Shown here piece after piece: positions 55,628 through 64,000 of a DNA stretch of 64,000 nt (within the stretch, counting starts at the first letter, position 1; every line of letters begins with the position of its first letter). Source of the stretch: Eledone cirrhosa (taxonomy: Eukaryota); assembly GCA_964016885.1 (NCBI GenBank), contig OZ024743.1:194246001-194310000 (forward strand), given 5' to 3'. The notes beneath the pieces were generated by a model that ran no database searches, was not told the origin of the DNA, and was given only the letters and a program-made list of their open reading frames with translations. A program made the translations under genes and the position numbers.

Positions 55628-57379
55628 TTAATTGTAAGTTGTGATGTTGCTGTTCCACTCATATTTTCTTTTTAATTTTGGTTGTAATTCTTTTATGTTT
55701 ATTGCCTCTGTAATTTGTCTAAACATTGCGTCTTTTCTGTGTATAGATTCTATTTTTATTTCTATGTTCTCTAATTTACCCTTATGTTCTATTTTAGCAT
55801 GTTGGTAGAGTACAGATGATTCTTTACTATCTTGAAGGTCTCGCCAGTGTTCATTTATCCGTTCCCCTACACTACGGGATGTCTCACCTATGTACATTAT
55901 ATTTTTGTCTCTCCATTGTCCTTCAGTACATCTTATGCTATACACTACATTTCTAGTTTTACAGTTACTATGGGGGCTTATTTTACAGGTTATACATTTC
56001 TTATCTATACATGAGGGTCTTTGAAAAGGGTATGTCTTGCTAATGAGTGTTTTTACGGAGGTACCTGGTCTTTCTACTATCTTAATATTGAGTTTATGTT
56101 TATTTAAAGCCCTTCTAAATTTGTAAGCTAATTCACCTCTAGGGGTTGTATCGATGAACATTACATTCTGGTATTTATTGCTATCATACCATGAGTTTAT
56201 TCTATTAGCCTTGTTCCTAGTTCTTTCTATTCTATTCCAAAATTTGCTCCTATACAAGGGGCAGGTCCCATTTATGTCATTATTTACCATTTTTTCCCAT
56301 TTGGTTCTGGCTCCTCTATACACTCTGATTTTATCTCTCTGATTGTAGCCAGAGAACTGCATACGGTGGATGAAGTGTTGTATGTGTCTCTCTAGTTCTT
56401 CGGGGTTGCACATGCGGGACACGTTTCTCATCACCCGTACCAAATCCGCAATCAGTATGTTGATTTTGGTATGGTCCAAAACGGCCGAGTTTCGGTGGAT
56501 CAGATGTTTGGAAGTCATGGGTTTGGCATAATGGGAATGGAGGATTTGTTTTTTGTTATTAATGGTATCTAACCAGAGCTTTGTGTCTAGTACAGGTAAT
56601 CGATGGTTGGGGTGTTTACTTGGATAGTCTATAGTAACTCTAATGCTCTGGTGGATGGAGTTAGCTATTTGCTGGATGCTTTCCATTGGGTTTTTCTCTA
56701 ATTCCTGACTGTTCTCTAGTGGGGCTGTCTTAACTACGATGTTTATATCATCAACGTATCGGGAGTACATTATCAGGGTTAAGGGGTCTTCTAATTGTTC
56801 TTTAAGTTTAAGTTTAAGTCTACTGTCCCACCATACCATGAATAAGTTAGCTATGTCGCCTGCAATGCTAACACCAATGGCTGCTCCTTCCTCTTGGGCA
56901 TATGTTTTTCCGTTAAATTTGAACATATGTTCCTTAAGGGTTAGTTTTATGCTGGCCCCTACCGCATGTGCAATCATTTTCTTCAGTTCATCGTGGTTTT
57001 TGGGTGTCCGTATGGCTCTGGTCCACCCGTTCCATCTATCTGTGTGGGTTTTCTTGGCCATTGAGGTAATGGTAGGTGGTCTGCCTCTTTCTGGTCTTGT
57101 AGGGCACAGGTTGCTAAGGTCATATGTGTCTAGGTAATTATTACTATAGGTAAGTTTAAGTAGGAGTCCCAGCTCACTGGTATCAATCCCACGGAACTCA
57201 ACATTGCTCTCACTGATCATTTCTACGCATTTCTCCACAGCAAAATCCACGTCAATAGATGGATACAGGGACACAACATCCATACTACCTATTATGCAGT
57301 TTGTTAGGTCCCTAGATCGGTTACTCACGGCGATTCTGCTGAGGAGGTCCTCCGTGCTGTCACATACATCTGGGGACAT
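55628..57379 (-). CDS. PLE RT plus GIY-YIG endonuclease (583-aa open frame; continues upstream to ~57611 through one TAG at 57425)
   Basis: SMDVVSLYPSI, GAAIG..IANLFM, RYVDD, LPVLD, Cys linker CIDKKCITC, NVVYSIRC..MYIGETSRSVGERINEH; upstream in-frame LYGLRKDHK..PTRPIC. Confidence 0.93.
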   Translation of the reverse strand: MSPDVCDSTEDLLSRIAVSNRSRDLTNCIIGSMDVVSLYPSIDVDFAVEKCVEMISESNVEFRGIDTSELGLLLKLTYSNNYLDTYDLSNLCPTRPERGRPPTITSMAKKTHTDRWNGWTRAIRTPKNHDELKKMIAHAVGASIKLTLKEHMFKFNGKTYAQEEGAAIGVSIAGDIANLFMVWWDSRLKLKLKEQLEDPLTLIMYSRYVDDINIVVKTAPLENSQELEKNPMESIQQIANSIHQSIRVTIDYPSKHPNHRLPVLDTKLWLDTINNKKQILHSHYAKPMTSKHLIHRNSAVLDHTKINILIADLVRVMRNVSRMCNPEELERHIQHFIHRMQFSGYNQRDKIRVYRGARTKWEKMVNNDINGTCPLYRSKFWNRIERTRNKANRINSWYDSNKYQNVMFIDTTPRGELAYKFRRALNKHKLNIKIVERPGTSVKTLISKTYPFQRPSCIDKKCITCKISPHSNCKTRNVVYSIRCTEGQWRDKNIMYIGETSRSVGERINEHWRDLQDSKESSVLYQHAKIEHKGKLENIEIKIESIHRKDAMFRQITEAINIKELQPKLKRKYEWNSNITTYN

Positions 57380-57709
57380 TTCAATGATGCGGCGTATGAT
57401 CAGGCAGAGAAAGTAGGACAGTCTCTAGTTACTAGCAATGTTAGCTCTACAGATTGGCCTTGTTGGTGGTCCCGCGACAGGGTCACTGCCCGTTTTATGG
57501 TCTTTTCGAAGCCCATACAACGCCGGCACGTCATTGTTCCAGGCCTGGAAGTTGTTGGCAGTCCTTTTGTTGGGCTGCATTATATTCGTCCACATCACCA
57601 TATGGGTATTGAGGCGCATGCGCAGACTGAGCACACAACACACACGCAGAAACAAAATGGCGTAGGACAGAACAAAGGAGAGGCACAGAAACAAAGAAAG
57701 CAATCCCCA

Positions 57710-57752
57710 GTCACTGAAGAGGTCACAGAGTGTGTGACGAAAGAACTATGAC
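57710..57752 (+). ncRNA. Minimal hammerhead in inverted pLTR
   Basis: gtca CTGAAGA g gtcaca gagtg tgtgac GAAA gaac TA tgac. Confidence 0.85.
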
Positions 57753-57962
57753 AATATATAAACAACTATCTGGTTGTGGAACCAACCAACCAACGAGAAA
57801 TTTATAAATTTATAAATTTATTATAAATTTATTATAATAAATTGAAGTGAAACAACTGGTGCGTGTGTTTCTTATTGGCAACATGACCCTCCCAAAGTAT
57901 AACAATATCGGTTTCAACACACGATTTCAGATAAAGAATCTTGCTAAATAAATTCAGAAACG

Positions 57963-58004
<42 letters not shown>

Positions 58005-58011
58005 TGTATGT

Positions 58012-58138
58012 ATAGGAAAATATATGACCCTGACGGCAGAGCTCAATCTGTTTCGACGGCTATTTCTGGACTGAAAGAGTCCAGAAATAGCCGTCGAAAC
58101 GGCTTGAGCTCTGCCGTCGACGTCACACATTTTCCTAT
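58012..58138. repeat. Fold-back (~60-bp arms) carrying the 3' half of a hammerhead
   Basis: gacggctatttctggac tgaaaga gtccagaaatagccgtc GAAA cggc ttgagctct gccg TC. Confidence 0.8.
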
Positions 58139-58241
58139 TACCCATTCTATTAACCTAAGTATTGAGTACTCTGTTGCGTTATGGTCCATCCGGTTCCTTA
58201 CCACAACTCCTTCGTTATATATATATATATATATATATATA

Positions 58242-59320
<1,079 letters not shown>

Positions 59321-59322
<2 letters not shown>

Positions 59323-60508
59323 ATAATGCTGTGATATATATTTCAATGGCGACACTGGTCACACTGTTCCGTGCGCCAGTGTCGCGACATCGTCATACAG
59401 CTTGTTACATAATAAGGTTATGTTTCCGAGGCAATCCAAATTGAATCGACATGGGAACGGACGAAGTGTGTGCTCTTGGGTTCTTCGTCCATTCCCCTGT
59501 GAGTACCAATTCACCACACCGGTCTGCGCAGGCGCAGGTCCGTAGGGAGTTGACCATTAGCTACCGCAGATTTCAACGAAATTCGCTTAGTCAGTTCCCC
59601 CTCTCAGCCAAACAATGACCCATTCAAGGCCTGTAATATAGCTTACTACTACCCATCCCATTAGTGGCTGTCAGTCGAAAGCCAGTGGGGATGGGAGAGT
59701 GTGAGTATCCACAGGTCTGAATACTACTTCTCATTAAGCATGGACAGTATAATTGACCATCAACCTCTAAGAGAAAATATACTTAATTCTATGTATCATG
59801 GTTTCACGGTGGAATTTATGAATGAGAGTCAGGAATTAAAATTTAAAATCCAAAATCAGAAATCGAATATTAAATATCAAAAATTAGAAATTAACAATTA
59901 AAAATTAATACTTTTTCAAGTGGGAATCTGGATTGAGGCGAGTAAAAAAATATAGATTGAAGTGAGTAAATAATATGCAGAGAGATGTTTAAGTAAGACG
60001 TTTTCATTCATAACTTCCACCGTGAAACCATGATACATAGAATTAAGTATATTTTCTCTTAGAGGTTGATGGTCAATTATACTGTCCATGCTTAATGAGA
60101 AGTAGTATTCAGACCTGTAGATACTCACACTCTCCCATCCCCACTGGTTTTCGACTGACAGCCAGTGACGGGATGGGTAGCAGTAAGCTATATTACAGGT
60201 CTTGAATGGGTCATTGTTTGGCTGAGAGAGGGAACCGACTAAGCGAATTTCGTTGAAATCTGCGGTAGCTAATGGTCAACTCCCTACGGACCTGCGCACG
60301 CGCAGACCGGAGGGGTGAATTAGTACTCACAGGGGAATGGACAAAGAACCCAAGAGCACACACTTCGTCCGTTCCCATGTCGATTCAATTTGGATTGCCT
60401 CGGAAACATAACCTTATTATGTAAAAAATTGTCTGACGATGTCGCGACACTGGCGCACGGAACAGTGTGACTACTGGCGCCATTGAAATATATATCACAG
60501 CATTATTA
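59321..60508. repeat. Inverted repeat, ~505-bp arms, ~175-bp spacer
   Basis: 59321-59825 is the reverse complement of 60004-60508; mirrored ORFs at 59701 and 60128. Confidence 0.92.
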
Positions 60509-60871
60509 TTAAAAGACTTGAACATCTGAAACTACTTCGCTTTTCCTTATTCGATATTTACTCCGTCACTCCTATGTGGAATATGTACGTTGAGAGCTTG
60601 AATTGAATTGCATCAATCTTTACCCTAAGTATATATATATATACATATGTGTATATATTGGAAAATATGTGAGATCCTTGGTACAGTTAGGTATATTTGA
60701 AAAAAAGGAAAACATCCATAATATAAAGTACCAGTAATGCACTGGGTAATTGCTGGCCTTGTGCCAAAAGTAGAAACAATTATATAATATTATAATATTA
60801 TAAAATTAAATCAAGTTATTTAACACTACAACTGAAGTCATTTTTTCCATTTTTTCAAATATGTACATATA

Positions 60872-61772
<901 letters not shown>

Positions 61773-61870
61773 AGAGATGTCAACATGAATGGACTTGTTA
61801 TTTTTATCTAAAGACATTTTTTCCAATTCCATCCCGCCCGTCCCCTCAATCTATCTTATTTCTTATTCTT

Positions 61871-61905
61871 TCTTCCGATGAAGGACCAGCGTCCGAAACG
61901 TTAAG
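61871..61905 (+). ncRNA. Minimal PLE-type hammerhead, CCGATGA core
   Basis: tctt CCGATGA a ggac cagc gtcc GAAA cg TT aaga; palindromic AACGTT stem III. Confidence 0.7.
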
Positions 61906-61992
61906 ACCATCTTCCTGCTATATCAAGCGTTAACCTAATATATCCCTTCCATATACAGTACCGATTGTGTTGTTATTTCTGTTTACCTTTTA

Positions 61993-62135
<143 letters not shown>

Positions 62136-62154
62136 AATATCTACATATACATAA

Positions 62155-63289
62155 ACTAGACAGAGCCATAGATATATATATGCGTTTTGGCAACCATTTA
62201 CGGTGTGGCTCAATGACGAGATAATTAAATAATCAACAATCAGACCAATATATAATAAAGTAAGTCCATAGAATCATTTGATAAAATATATATACAGTAT
62301 TTCTTCTCCCAATCAGCATAATTAACCACACAAAAAATCAATTAAACGAGGCTATAAGTTTAATATGTACCTATGAAGAAACAATAGATAAATAAATGAT
62401 AGCTATTTTATCTGCGATCAACAGCCACAGAAGATTTACCTAGTATTTCTAATAACCCGTTTGTTTCTTCATAGGTACATTTTAAATTCATAGCCTCGTT
62501 TAATTGATTTTTTGTGTGCTTAATTATGCTGATTGGGAGAAGAAAGACTGTATATATATTTTATCAAATGATTCTATGGACTTACTTTCGTATATATTGC
62601 TCTGATTGTTGATTATTTAATTAATTATCTCGTCATTGAGCCATAACGTGAATGGTTGCCAAAAACGCATATATATAGCTATGGCTCTGTCTAGTTTATG
62701 TATATGTAAATATATATATTTTATAAACTCCCGTATGGTTGAGTAACAATTTAAGCAGTATTCGGCTGCGCTTCCTAGCAACCTGCCTACTCGCCGTCAG
62801 GCACCAATCACAATCTTTCTAACTTGACCACTGGCCATGTGACAATTCTTAGTCATTTTGAATTCGTTTCTGGCGGGGATCATCTACGAAAAATCTTTTT
62901 CCAATTGAGTTTGTTTCCTGATGATTTCGAAACTCGTGAATTTATCAATGATCGGATATTTCCAAAAAGCGAATGAAACTTCATGGGGTAGAAACATAAT
63001 TTTGGTATGTTTATGTACATTTTTTCTTCTAACTTTGATTTTGTACCTAACTGTTTATGGTTGCCTATATGTCTAATCAATTTCTACGGGCTATTAGAAA
63101 TACTAGGTAAAACTTCTGTGGCTGTTGATCGCGGATAAAATAGCTATCATATATTTTTCTATTGTTTCTTCATAGGTACATTTTAAACTTATAGCCTCGT
63201 TTAATTGATTTTTTGTGTGGTTAATTATGCTGATTGGGAGAAGAAATACTGTATATATATTTTATCAAATAATTCTATGGACTTACTTT

Positions 63290-63292
<3 letters not shown>
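62155..63292. mobile_element. Inverted plus partial-tandem HHR element, ~700-nt period
   Basis: 62461-62589 recurs at 63162-63290; 62155-62453 is the reverse complement of parts of the unit. Confidence 0.88.
62912..62996 (+). ncRNA. Type I hammerhead with long stem II insert
   Basis: tgtttc CTGATGA tttcg...cgaat GAAA cttcatgggg TA gaaaca. Confidence 0.8.
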
Positions 63293-63323
<31 letters not shown>

Positions 63324-64000
63324 TTAAATCAAAAAACAAAAACAATAACGAAGAGTGCAGTATAAAAACAATAAACTTTCTTTTCTTGTTTTAGATCACA
63401 TCGTTCTTGTGTATTGGTGAAAAATGTTAAATAGTTGATTCAGTGAAATAGTTTCTAAATCCAAGTCTTAAATTTCTTGTTAGAAATTAATTCATGACAA
63501 ATCAAAGCATTTAGATTGTAATACTATGCAGTATCTGTTAATAGTTATATTTACTGTCTTTGATTGTTCTCTTTCTATAGTTCTCTTTCCATCAGCTTGA
63601 GATCAGTGGTGCATTGAAAAGAATAATCCTTAACTGAAGCAATCAAACGCAACGTAATCAGTGCCGCGAAAATTTAGATAACCAGCGATTCTTAAGCTTC
63701 CTTTTCAAATAACTACATTAGCAAATTAAACAATTTGTATACAGTAAATTATCAATAAAGTAGTTACAGGAGGATGATTTTTAATGGTAAATATTACACA
63801 TAAATCAGAATACTGCATTCTGGTGGATAGTAATTGTCATTGCTATCTGTTGCAATACGACTTATCACATTGTGAATGAAATTCATGGCCCGTTTACTCT
63901 TCGTTTCTATTTCAGTCCATCGTCCATCCCAATCACATTGTCGTTTCTGATAAATGTTCAACATTAAATACCAAGATTTTCCTTAATCTCTTTGCTGTCA

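Larger units (their letters stand above)
55280..57908 (-). mobile_element. 5'-truncated Penelope-like element with 3' pseudo-LTR (55280-55523) and inverted pLTR copy (57613-57908)
   Basis: RT-GIY-YIG ORF between two reverse-complementary terminal segments, each carrying an HHR. Confidence 0.93.

Overview
AT-rich, microsatellite-dense animal DNA, most likely a cephalopod (octopus-type tRNA-derived SINEs and (TA)n/(CA)n/(GA)n tracts; this is an inference). I found no convincing host protein-coding gene, and most ORFs in the track are microsatellite artefacts. Recognisable elements are two Penelope-like retroelements (PLEs: 1-2530, and 55280-57908 with RT plus GIY-YIG), a degraded near-full-length L1/Tx1-type LINE (25739-30958), several RTE fragments and many SINEs. 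The main signal is about ten non-coding inverted-repeat or partial-tandem inserts, mostly abutting (TA)n tracts. Most of them carry type I hammerhead ribozyme (HHR) motifs that I folded by eye (more than 15 motifs or relics, several families). Where polarity can be read, the ribozyme-sense strands point outward from the centre, the same architecture as the inverted pseudo-LTR of the PLE at 55-58 kb. Sub-features include circularly permuted ~650-700 nt units, a U3:A8 compensatory core variant, very long stem II insertions, fold-backs centred on stem II, and AATAAA just downstream of many ribozymes. All folds and alignments are manual, and boundaries are approximate.
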